Made by a program: the position numbers and the translations under genes. The notes under the pieces were generated by a model. The model was given only the letters and a program-made list of their open reading frames with translations. It did not search any database and was not told the DNA's origin. Below are positions 52,606-64,000 of a stretch of 64,000 bases of DNA, piece by piece. The first letter of the stretch is position 1; every line of letters begins with the position of its first letter. This stretch comes from Octopus sinensis (Eukaryota), in contig NC_042997.1 of the NCBI RefSeq assembly GCF_006345805.1, positions 145,762,001 to 145,826,000 of the forward strand, read 5' to 3'.

Positions 52606-53343
52606 TATCTTTCTATCTAGTGGCGTGTATAAAAGGTGTGTGTTTTTATATGAGTGTATATAAATATATAAATGTATGCATGTTCAAACATAAAAGTGCA
52701 TTGATGTTTAAATGCAGATTATAAACGTTGCACCGAAATAAATGCGGGTATAAATTTTTATTTACTGATTTAGGTCTTCAAACTTGCTTATATTGGCATA
52801 AAAGGAGGTTGTAAAAATATATTCTGAAAACATAAAATGTAGAGGTAGATGAAAATAGATTGAATGTAAATGAACTGAAAACAGTGCTGATCTCTATCTA
52901 TATATACACACACGCACATATAGGCTTGCATACACATACATAAACATCTATCACATGCACATATAGGCTTGCATACACACATACATAAACATCTAACACA
53001 CGCACATATAATCTTGCATACACACACATCACATTATATGAATTTTTACATATGTGTGTGTGTATATATATATTATATGTTTTATATATATATATATATA
53101 TATCTATATATATATATAATATATATATATATATCAACAAAACTACAAAAATCATATCAGAACACCAGAGCTAAAAACAAAGCTCAGCGTCTAAGAATAA
53201 CTGTAGAAGTCAGAGTATCACAGTATACGTTTTACCTGGGTCCTTCTCAATACAGCAACCTACACAGCGCATAAAAACAGCGTAAAAGCAAAAATGAAAA
53301 TAGCTCCAAAGGAATCAACAAAAACAACGAAACACACGCACAT

Positions 53344-53392
<49 letters not shown>

Positions 53393-53984
53393 GCAACAGT
53401 TCAACAGATTAGCAGCAACCCAACCAAACAATAATAAAGCAGTCACTATACCACAGGGTATTTCAGCAGGTGTACCTGATAAATGATAAGTGATAAATTC
53501 GAATCACATCGTAGAAGCGAAGCATGCATCACTTACTATACACAACAACTTAGACATTCAGCCGCTGTACATTCCAACAAGCGAAGGCAATAGGGACTCG
53601 TGTTTCAGATAATAACTTAAGTCAATTATTAATGTGTACACACTACATTACAAATATTCGCAAGCAAAATTTCTGTGTCCCATTGTGGAATATGATTGTG
53701 AGAATGATAGTAAATTAATCATTTAAGCACAAGCAAAATTCTCTCAAGAAAATTAGTTGTTTTTAACAGCAGATAGGTAAAGATATCATGAGCATATCAA
53801 TGAAAAGAAAGAGAAAAAACATAGGTAATTGTATTAAGCAATCATAAATAACGACAATGTAGGTTTAATATTTCATCTCTGAAATTTGCTTCCATAAACA
53901 ATATAAGGTTTTCGATATAAAACTGTTTATCTAAGGAGGGCACTAAAAATAAATGTATTTATCGTACGGAAAATATATTTACAT

Positions 53985-54570
53985 CGCTGTGGCTATGTGG
54001 TTAAGAATCTCGCTTTTGCAACAATGTTGTTTTGCGTTCAGTCTCACTGTGTAACGCCTTCAGTAAATCTCTTCTATAATAGCTCCAGGCCGATCAATGC
54101 CTTCTCAGTGGATTTGGTACACAGAAAATTCGTAGAAAAACGCGACGAGCTGGCAGAAACGTTAGTGCGTCGGGCGAAATGCTTAACAGTATTTCGTCTG
54201 CCGCTTGTGGGTAGTAAAGAATTAGGTATTTGGTCCGCCGTTACGTTCTGAGTTCAAATTCCGCCGAGGTCGACTTTGCCTTTCATCCTTTCGGGGTCGA
54301 TAAGTTAAGTACCAGTTATGCACTGGGGTCGATGTAACGGATTTAATCCCTTTCTCTGTCCTTGTTTGTCCCCTCTATATTTAGCACCTTGTGGGCAATA
54401 AAGAAATAAGGAAATTCGTAGAAGCTCGTGATGTGTATGTGTATGTGTGTGCACAACTTAGCGGTTCAGCAAAGGAGACAAAATTAAGTACTGGGCTACA
54501 TTTGTTCGAATAAACCCTTCAAGGCACTGCCCCAGCATGCACGTTGCCCAATGAGTAAAACAGGTAGAAA
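53985..54570 (+). mobile_element. Family A SINE interrupted by a family B SINE dimer (54141-54410) with 12-bp TSD
   Basis: aaattcgtagaa at 54126-54137 and 54412-54423. Confidence 0.8.
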
Positions 54571-54857
54571 ATATGATGATTACCTACGTTGTGAAGCAAC
54601 GAGGGTACCTCCACATGATGCCTTGACTTGTAAGAAGTAACAACCAATTTTCTCTCAAATGAGGCTTCATAGTATGAAACATGAAAGGACACAAGCCATT
54701 ATGCAGTCATTAAAGGCTGCTATGTTCACAGCTGGAAAGCTGTTTTGTTTCATCTAAGATTTACTTATGAAAGTTGAAAGAGTTGAACAAAGATGAGAGC
54801 AATATTTATGACTCTATGCGAACAGTGACCTGATGCACGCTACCTTACCCTATATCT

Positions 54858-55605
54858 AGTAGATGCATTCCAGAAGTTTCGAGATTTTTCAGGGAAGGCA
54901 GTTATAACTGGGCCAGATTGTTGTAATTCTAATTTACCATGACTACACATCTAACGAGGAAATATAGTTATCCCAGACTGAAGCAGACGGTTGAGGCACC
55001 ACTTTGAATACACCCTAATAAACGCTGCTTATCGAAGCTGACTATTCGAGGCAGGAAAACAATTTGGGTGCTCGGTATGCAAGGAAGTTTTGTGTTAAAC
55101 TGGGCAAAAACGTAGAGACTTGAGAAATGCACCAGACTGCTTGTGAATTTGTATGAGTCGAGAATCTTTTTTTTTTTAGCTGGCGCAATAGGCCAGACAA
55201 AGCATGTCTACCAGAAAACTTATGATGATCCCCTTTTACGAAAGCAAGGTTATCGTCTCCATCCACTGGGTTCCCTCTGACCAGACGATCGACAAAGGCA
55301 ACTTTCTGGAGATTTTGATAGAGTTCAATAAGAGATTTAGTCGCAGAAGTCCAGGGTATATGCACCAGTCCACATTTCCATCCGGGTAACCAACTACTTA
55401 ACAGAGACGCGTTGAAATCTATACCTTATCCGCTCAACAGTCTCCAAGCTGAAGAAGAACATCAGGGGCAATCGTTTTCAAGTCATTGAGAAGATAGAGT
55501 CTGTGACAAAAGATCTTTGGCACATTCACTTTTGAGGTCATTCATGAAGCAGATGGGGTACCACAATAAGTGCAGTGAAGTCAGACAATCCTACTTTGAA
55601 TGAAA

Positions 55606-55610
<5 letters not shown>
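54858..55610 (+). pseudogene. Decayed, internally deleted mariner transposase
   Basis: RYARKFCVKLGK (55073), KLMMIPFYESKVIVSIHWVPSDQTIDKGNFLEIL, KLKKNIRGNRF, SYFE* (55603). Confidence 0.7.
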
Positions 55611-55646
<36 letters not shown>

Positions 55647-55649
<3 letters not shown>

Positions 55650-55863
55650 GGTTGGCCAAAAGTCACCAATATTAAAAAATTAAAACTAGAAATCATTTCA
55701 TATGAGACTTCGCTAATAAATAAACAAATGTTGAAAAAGAAAATCGTGATTTTAACTCTCAGCATTCAATTATTAAGCATTCATTATTGAAATGAATAAA
55801 TAAAATTGAATACTAAGTATTTATGGAATTTGATTTACTGTCGGTGACTTTTGGCCATTCTTG
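55647..55863. mobile_element. Tc1/mariner-type MITE (217 bp)
   Basis: TA|CAGGGTTGGCCAAAAGTCACC ... GGTGACTTTTGGCCATTCTTG|TA. Confidence 0.85.
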
Positions 55864-55874
55864 TATATGTACTC

Positions 55875-56245
55875 CAGATATCTTGGTCTCGGCCTCCCTC
55901 AGGTCTCATGCCGGTTAGCTCGGCTTGAAAAATTTGTCTTGCGATTCTTTCCTGCAGCATATGAATCACAGGTCTCAATACAAAGTAACAAATAGACCTG
56001 GAGAGATTTCTTGATCTCCGAGCTATGCACTTGGTGTAATTTTACCCCAGAGGTCCTCCGGGGTAACATTATTCTTACCACTTATATTTACAACATTTTG
56101 GTCATTATTCCACATTCATGGATAAGGATAGGAAAGAACATTGAACTGGACCAAGAGGTAGACCAAAAACGAGATGGTTGAATTATATTCATAGTCTCAG
56201 ATGGAGAACCTAAGGACCCTTCTTGGAATAGTAGGCGGAGAAGGT

Positions 56246-56250
<5 letters not shown>
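55875..56250. pseudogene. Two RTE-clade LINE C-terminal fragments, head-to-head
   Basis: Minus 55875-56075: MLQERIARQIFQAELTGMRP; plus 56090-56250: TGPRGRPKTRWLNYI. Confidence 0.55.
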
Positions 56251-56295
<45 letters not shown>

Positions 56296-56603
56296 AAGCA
56301 TTCGCTATTTTCCTCTCGTTCTGGTCTAACGACCTTCCATGTTTGTTTTCGTTCGGTTTCCTCGTATAACTCCACTGTCACTTTTTTGCTCCCAACTTTG
56401 ACCCTCCGTAAATCTTAAATTTTATTTTAGAATTTATGGAAGCTACTGTCTTTCAAGACTCATATTGCCACTGAATGCTCGAAATGAGGAGCCAACAACT
56501 AATGAAGGGTCCTTTCTCTGTGTTAACTTGTCTTGTTTTTCTCAATGCTACTTACTTTCATGTTTTTTAGATCTTTGGTAACGTCCTCTACCCACATGTG
56601 CAC

Positions 56604-56645
<42 letters not shown>

Positions 56646-57134
56646 CACAAGTCCGGGTAAGGTTGTTATAGAAGACCAGCAGTTACCCATGCATACCAGC
56701 CTCCCCTCTCCACAGCACCGATATAATCCAAGGGAAAGACAGAGGCAGATACAGCTTAACACCAGTGACGTCACAACTCATTTCTACACCTGAGTGAACT
56801 GGAGCACCATGAGTTAAGTATCTTACTCAAGAACACATCACACAGCCCGGTCTTTGAATCGAACTTACAAGCTCATGATTGTGAGCCCGACACTCTAACC
56901 ACTGAGTCATGCAACTTCACCCCCCTCCCATATATATATATATTGGCCTGCTCACCTAGCCAGCGGAGTGGCATCATTTGAAGGCTAAAGCAATGCAAAA
57001 GCGCATTGTAACCAGCGATGTGTAACCACATCTATTAGCTTAGTCGGTCACATGATCACGCAATATATATACATATATATACAAATACATATATATATAT
57101 ACATATATATATTTATATATATATATATATATTT

Positions 57135-57460
57135 AAAGAGACTCCGCCGGTTACGACGACGAGGGTCCCAGCTGATACGATCAACGGAACAGCTTGCTCG
57201 TGAAATTAACGTGCAAATGGCTGAGCATTCCACAGACACGTGTAACCTTAACGTAGTTCTCGGGGATAATCAGCGTGACACAGAGAGTGACAAGGCTGAC
57301 CCTTTGAAATACAAGTACAACTCATTTTTGCCAGCTGAGTGGACTGGAGCAACGTGAAATAAAGTGTCTTGCTCAAGGACACAACGCGTCGCCGGGAATC
57401 GAACTCACAACCTTACGATCATGAGCCGAATGCCCTAACCACTAAGCCACGCGCCCTCAC
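57135..57460 (-). mobile_element. Full-length family C SINE, copy 1
   Basis: Head gggcgcgtggcttagtggttaggg...gagttcgattcccgg; body tgtgtccttgagcaagacacttta. Confidence 0.9.
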
Positions 57461-57520
57461 AATATATATATATATACATATATATATGTATATAGATATA
57501 TGTATTTGTATATACATATA

Positions 57521-57565
<45 letters not shown>

Positions 57566-57566
57566 T

Positions 57567-57892
57567 AAAGAGACTCCGCCGGTTACGACGACGAGGGTCC
57601 CAGCTGATACGATCAACGGAACAGCTTGCTCGTGAAATTAACGTGCAAATGGCTGAGCATTCCACAGACACGTGTAACCTTAACGTAGTTCTCGGGGATA
57701 ATCAGCGTGACACAGAGAGTGACAAGGCTGACCCTTTGAAATACAAGTACAACTCATTTTTGCCAGCTGAGTGGACTGGAGCAACGTGAAATAAAGTGTC
57801 TTGCTCAAGGACACAACGCGTCGCCGGGAATCGAACTCACAACCTTACGATCATGAGCCGAATGCCCTAACCACTAAGCCACGCGCCCTCAC
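57567..57892 (-). mobile_element. Full-length family C SINE, copy 2 (432-bp tandem duplication)
   Basis: Apparently identical to copy 1, including flanking microsatellite. Confidence 0.9.
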
Positions 57893-57966
57893 AATATATA
57901 TATATATACATATATATATGTATATAGATATATGTATTTGTATATACATATATCTGTGTATATATA

Positions 57967-58005
<39 letters not shown>

Positions 58006-59558
58006 TATATATACATGTATATATGTATGTATATATGTGCGTGTTTTAAATATATATTTGTGTGTATGTATAATATATAATATACATATACTTGAATACA
58101 TATGATACATGTATATAATACTTATATAAGTAATATAATAACGTAATATATATATATGAATGTATGTAAGTGTGTTTGCGCGTGTGTGTACGTGTGTGCG
58201 TGTGTGGGGGAAAGGCTTGTACGATATGCGAGTGTGCATGCACCTGCATTGCCGTTGCACTAGCAATAAATATAGCTCACGATATCTGGAGGCAACCACC
58301 CAACGTTGCAAACTGGGTGATGCCTAACTAACATCTAACGTAAAAACGTTTGCAAGACAAACTATCAAGAGAACAAAAGAGGTTTGTAAGCTCTCTTCTC
58401 ATCATCCAAACCTGCAGCTGGTTTTTTTGTTACTTTGCCAAAATGATCGTAACCAAATTCGTAGAATTACACACACACACACACACACACACCCCTATGA
58501 TTTACCCAGATGGTTACGTAAGTAGTATTCTTGTTGATTCTTGTTGACAATTTCACCTTATTCGCTGTCTTTTTATTTTTTCAGTATCACTTTGTTTTCA
58601 GCTGCACCTTCTGCATTCCGTTTATCTCTCAAACCACGCGCGTAGATTAGCCTCGTATGGCATCTTTGATGATAGACGCTCAATAAAACGACCAAACCAA
58701 GACAACTTTCTCGCTATCGTTCTCATTAAGCTTGATTGCTTTACTTCCAAGCCGGCCTCTACTCTTGCAAAATCAACGTCTCATTCTGACCAACTGATCG
58801 CCACAGTATTTACTATCCTGCCAAAAGAACAACTCACTGAACAAGACAACTACGATTATAAGTATATTTCTCTCTTCAACATTTTACTCATTCGTCGCCA
58901 TGATGTCTTTTACGAAAGACAAATCTTAAGCTTTGAAGCTCAATGTTCAATTATACCCGCGCCTGAACACAATCTTTAGGCCGTCCAAGAATTTGGACCT
59001 GGAGATCTCCATTTCCAGCGACTTCGAGGGCCACCATCCAGTGGTGTCGGGTGTCAACGAAGAGCCCTCAACTACAGTAAGACGACCAAAGTTTTTTTCC
59101 AAGGTCTGGGGTCTCCCGCCTCTAAGCTCTAGACCATCACCTAATCACCCTTAGCCGTCTTGTTGCTTAACAACAACAACAATAACAACAGCACAATCTT
59201 TAGTGTAAGAACCTAATAACCTGCTTGTTACAAAATCGTGCATCTGGTTCGACGATGAAGATTCGACTGTTCAAGTAACTGAATTACCTGCTCCTGAATT
59301 AACATGCGAATGGCTGAGTACACCACATTAAAGTATTCTCAATGTAATACGGAAACAGAACCAATGAGACACATTGTGTAACAGGGCTGTGCCTTTTGAA
59401 CTACATACATGAACCGTCTCAAGGGTGCCTATATTGCTTTCCATTGCCCAATTTAACCGATACGATGCTACAGATGGTACTGTGTAGGATTGAAGTTGGG
59501 ACATCGAGGTTTCGAAGCGAACTTCTTAAGCAGTCGACCGAGGTGTACCTTTAATATA

Positions 59559-59612
<54 letters not shown>

Positions 59613-59844
59613 GACCCCAGTGCTCAATTGGTACTTATTTTATTGATCTCAAAAGAATGAAAGGCAAAGTCAACCTCAATTGCATTCAACAAAAATATGT
59701 TTTAATGAATCATTGGTACATAACCATAAAACAAGGGTAAATGTTACAACTCCACCACATAATTAGCTTTGCGCAATATGACTGGTTCCTCTACATATAT
59801 AAATATTAATATAAGGGACAACATTATTCTTTTTACTGATTTAG

Positions 59845-60020
59845 GTATGCCGCTACGTTCTGAGTTCAAATTCCGCCGAGGTTGACTTTGCCTTTCATCC
59901 TTACGGGGCCGATTAAATAAGTACCAGTTACGCACTGGGGTCGATATAATCGACTTAATCCTTTTGTCTGTCCCTGTTTGTCCTCTTTGTGTAGCCCCTG
60001 TGGGCAATAAAGAAATAATA
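59845..60020 (+). mobile_element. Headless family B SINE (tail A)
   Basis: ttaggtatgccgctacgttctgagttcaaattccgccgagg...gtgggcaataaagaaata. Confidence 0.8.
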
Positions 60021-61119
60021 AATATTATACGGGGTCCTGCAGAGAAACTTGTTGGATCTTAAAATGATGGTAATTAAATGATGGTAATCTTATCAATTTT
60101 CCCTATCGAATCCTATATCTTACATATATTCTTGTTCAATTTTTGCAAAGAACCCCACATTCTGGAGCGGTGTTTGTATGTCTATTATAAGTTTGCATTT
60201 AGAATCTTAGCTGTTAATTCATTTATAGTTTTCTATTATGTTTCTCTAAACTAAAATTCTTTCGTAGTTAATGAGAAAAGTTCTATTGAAAATTTATAGA
60301 TAACCGCTAGAACTATAGAAGCCAGTGAGCGAATAATCACATTGAAAATAGATAGAATTCATTATGAGTCAAATGCTATCGTTGTTTTTTAATCCCCGAG
60401 CCAAGTAAATCTACGACTAAAACTGTTGCTTTTATAACTATCCATTTTTTAAAAAGCATTTATCTATATAGAACTACATTAGCTTGTATGCCATTTTAGT
60501 TTTTAAGATCGTATTCGATGTAATTTGTGGGCAATTCAAGTGATAGTTTTCAGTCTCCTTCGGTGGTTTGAACTGACAAGTTTTGGCTTCCTCTGTGTGG
60601 CATGTTCTGAGTAATGTAACTCAAGATAGAACATCTTATTCAATTCCACTTGTTCCACCTTTTAGTAGACCCTGTTGCACATACTAAAAGCTGAAATCAT
60701 ATTTTGCTTTCACTATACGTGTTTCATTGAAGACGAATTTGAATGTAAGTAACACTGGAATAAGATTTAAATAATTTCAAGGAGAATTCAAATAAACTGT
60801 CTCTCTGACCAAATCAAGCGTGAAAAGAACTCTAACACGCTTTCAAAAACCAAAATGTCACGACTGAGTAATAAAGAGATATATTATGCCAAAATTATAA
60901 TTCTGTCGATTTTATTGAAATATTCTCAATAAATTTGCATATTTCTTTCGCGCGAATTCTACGGGCTTTTGATAAGTTAGCAGTAAATTACCAAACTTGG
61001 CAGAATTAATACATAATCTTGATATTTTTATAATAATTCCGCTCAAATAATCAATACAGAAGAGTTAGGCCCTAAATATAAATTAAGTTCAGCATATTCA
61101 CTGTTGCTACAGTCAACAC

Positions 61120-61248
61120 TTTATAGGGATATTTTTATAGGGATATTATTATAAGGATATTTTTATAGGGATATTTTTATCGGGATATTTTATGATATTT
61201 TTATAGGATATTTTATAAGGATATTTTTATAGGGATTTTATGGGGATT
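61120..61248. repeat. Degenerate ~14-bp minisatellite (ttttatagggatat)n
   Basis: About 9 imperfect units. Confidence 0.8.
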
Positions 61249-61864
61249 CCACTAATATCTTTCTGGCACGACATCAAATAACCACCAATGCTATTTAAAA
61301 CCCTTGAAAATTATAAAATGCTATTCACGAGAATCCAGATCAGCTTTGATCAATCGATTCCTAATTAATAAGTAAAATATTTAAAATCTCATTACAACAA
61401 ACTTTCCTCACTATGCCCATCCATTTACATCACCTTTTTGGTGAATATTTTAAAGAACATTATCGGGAAAAAAAGAAATTATTGGAGAAAATCAACAACT
61501 GCAACGGCCTTGATGTAGAGAATAATACATTTTGGTTACCTTACATATAATTAACTTTTTTTTATTTATTAATTAAATACTAATATTTTATGCATGGCTT
61601 TTATTGTGTGAATATTGATTGCTTGCGAGCGCAGAAAATTGTAAAATGCAACTTTTAAATTATTGATGTGTTTATCTCACATGTTATGCATGATATAACT
61701 CGTCTTTTATATTGCAGGTGATTTAATATTATTAAGGGACGATGAATATTCTATGAAATAGGGGAAGCTCAGATTTCTCTGCTTACTTATCACAATTTTT
61801 ATGGTAGCAATATTATAAACGCGTACGTTGTTGCTGGCGTTATTGTTATTATTGTTGCTATTGT

Positions 61865-63050
61865 TGTTGTTACTTAGCCGGAAGAGCTAGCAGTACCGTT
61901 AACACGCCGGCTAAAGTGCGTTGCAGTATTTCGTCCGTCTTTATATTCTGAGATCAAATTCTGTCGATGTCCGACTTTACCTTTCATCCTTTCGGGATCG
62001 ATAAAAGGAGCACCTGTTGAACACTGAGGGTCGATGAAATCGACTTATCTCCTTCCATGAAATTGCTGGCCTTGTACCACAATTTGAAACGAATATTATA
62101 ACTCGTACGTTGCTGTTATCGTTGTTGCTTCTTCCAATCAGGACTCACGCCGTTAGCCACAAAGAATAATCTCTAATTCGAGCCTTCTCTAAGCTACTAA
62201 GAATGCATGTAGCAACTTGAAGATCCACCCACCATACGCGATAGACTGGCGGTTACACGGGCGCGAAAGCTACGTTGTTATCCTCATTCCGTAAACGGTG
62301 GCTTTTAACGGGTGGAGAGCTGAACCATCCTGGGGTACAGAGGATTCGCAATCTAGACTAGGGTCTGAAAGAAAGTTGTGGTGAAAGAGTACAATTAATA
62401 CTGGGTTCAATTTGTTCGACAAAGCTCTTCAAGCCGGTACTCCAGCATGGCTGCAGTTCATTGACTGAAACAAACGAAATAAACCATTAAAATTTCAAAA
62501 CTTTGTTTCCATCCGCTAATATACAGGACTATGTACCTAATTAAATTTATAGCCTATGAAGTACACTCGCAGCAATACGGTTTTCATTCTGAGCTCAACC
62601 TATGTCATATTACTTTCAATACTAATAATCCTTTCTACTATAGACACAAGGCCTGAAATTTTGAGGGAGGGCATCTAGTCAAACCCAATGAGTCACTGGT
62701 ACTTATTTCATCGACTCTGAAAAGATGAAAGGCAAAGTCAACCTTTGAACTCAGAACGTAAGGATGGACGAAATGCCGCTAAGCATTTGGCTCGCGTGCT
62801 AATGATTCTCCCAGCTCGCCGCCTTTGTTAAAGATTCTTTTCTACTCTAGGCACAAGCCCTGAAATTTTGTGGGAGGGAGCCAGTCAATTAGATTGACCC
62901 CAGTACGCAACTGGTACTTAATTTATCGACCTCGAAAGGATAAAAGGCAAAGTCGATCTCGGTGGTATTTGAACTCAGAACGTAAAAACAAACGAAATTC
63001 CGCTAAGCATTTCGTCCGGCGTGCCAACGATTCTGCCAGTTTGCCTCCTT
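61865..63050. mobile_element. Family B SINE cluster: + copy ~61865-62095, - copies ~62630-62825 and ~62835-63050
   Basis: Family B head and core motifs. Confidence 0.75.
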
Positions 63051-63252
63051 TGCTAACGATTCTGCCAGCACGCCGCCTTTGCTAATGATTCTGCCAGCTC
63101 ACCGCCTTTGCTAACGATTCTGCCAGTTTGCCTCCTTTGCTAACGATTCTGCCAGTTTGCCTCCTTTGCTAACGATTCTGCCAGTTTGCCTCCTTTGCTA
63201 ACGATTCTGCCAGTTTGCCTCCTTTGCTAATGATTCTGCCAGCTCGTTGCCT
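63023..63252 (-). repeat. 8 x 29-bp minisatellite derived from the family B SINE 5' head
   Basis: Unit gctaacgattctgccagtttgcctccttt, exact 29-bp phase from 63023. Confidence 0.92.
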
Positions 63253-63858
63253 ATCAATACAAATAATACTAAAATAGTGTATGAGGACCGCAAGTTTAAT
63301 ATCTTCTGAGTCCTTAAAATATTTAGAACATTTCGTCAAGTTTGGTGCCTGAATGATTTTAGTGGAGTCCTTTATCCTGCAAATTTTCGGCTAGATCTGT
63401 GATTAAAGCCGAATTCCTTCCTTGTCTCCGATCAGTCTCAGAGAACACTCAAATGAGTCATGGACACTGTTATTCTTCAAGTCACTAAAACATTTAAAAA
63501 CGCTCCAGTAATGGGTAAGTTCACAGCAAGCCAATCTGCTACTCGATCTCAATTATGAATTATAGACATTTTACATTACACAGTTCTTGATACACAGGAG
63601 AATAAATTAGCATTAAATATTCCTATTTGTGAGTCTAAAATTATACACCGGCTTGTAAACAACCGGTGGGCCAATCATACATCGCTGTTTCATTGCCTCG
63701 CGAATGTCATTTTATGCTCTTAGATGGCTGTAAAGTAAGGGAGGACATAAGTTGTTACGCAAATTCTGCATTAACCCCTGTGACACACACATGTTTATAT
63801 ATATATATAATATTAGATATAGATATATGTATGTAGGTCTGAGTACACACACATACAT

Positions 63859-63897
<39 letters not shown>

Positions 63898-63904
63898 AAC
63901 AGAC

Positions 63905-63951
<47 letters not shown>

Positions 63952-64000
63952 TAAACAGACGTACATATATCTCAACAATATAAAATGTTGAACAAATGAT

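Noticed and set aside
57400-57460. tRNA genes at SINE heads (also 6220-6280, 51100-51160, 57830-57892)
   Set aside because: A/B boxes are present but there is no acceptor-stem pairing, and each runs into a SINE body
63023-63252. CRISPR-like 29-bp repeats
   Set aside because: No spacers; units are contiguous and derive from a SINE head in eukaryotic DNA
63420-63520. Pyrimidine tract/AG followed by ATGG|GTAAGT, exon-like
   Set aside because: Stops in all three frames; splice-like motifs alone are expected by chance. RNA-seq would be needed

Overview
Eukaryotic, AT-rich, repeat-saturated DNA with no host protein-coding exon that I can support. The SINE families, microsatellite load and LINE remnants resemble Octopus (coleoid cephalopod) intergenic or intronic sequence; that assignment is inference from recognised repeat motifs. 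Most ORFs in the supplied track are microsatellite artefacts. Real coding remnants are all decayed transposon genes: a Helitron Pif1-like helicase fragment in a complete TC...CTAG element (15075-16032), a 5'-truncated Penelope-like RT plus GIY-YIG element (31661-32663), a mariner transposase, and RTE-, Tx1-, CR1/L2- and RLE-type LINE pieces. The window also holds about five tRNA-derived SINE families, Tc1/mariner MITEs, several long fold-back palindromes, a tRNA-Phe pseudogene lacking its anticodon, a 4.3 kb (TA)n tract and a 100-N gap. The strongest unexplained signal is about 16 hammerhead-ribozyme-like motifs in 8-9 short non-coding families. They occur as a tandem ~540-nt monomer with an inverted stub, as fold-back elements with outward-facing ribozymes, behind a tRNA-like head downstream of the Penelope ORF, and with non-canonical cores (compensated U3-A8, family-wide A6U). 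All structures were read by eye and none has been tested.
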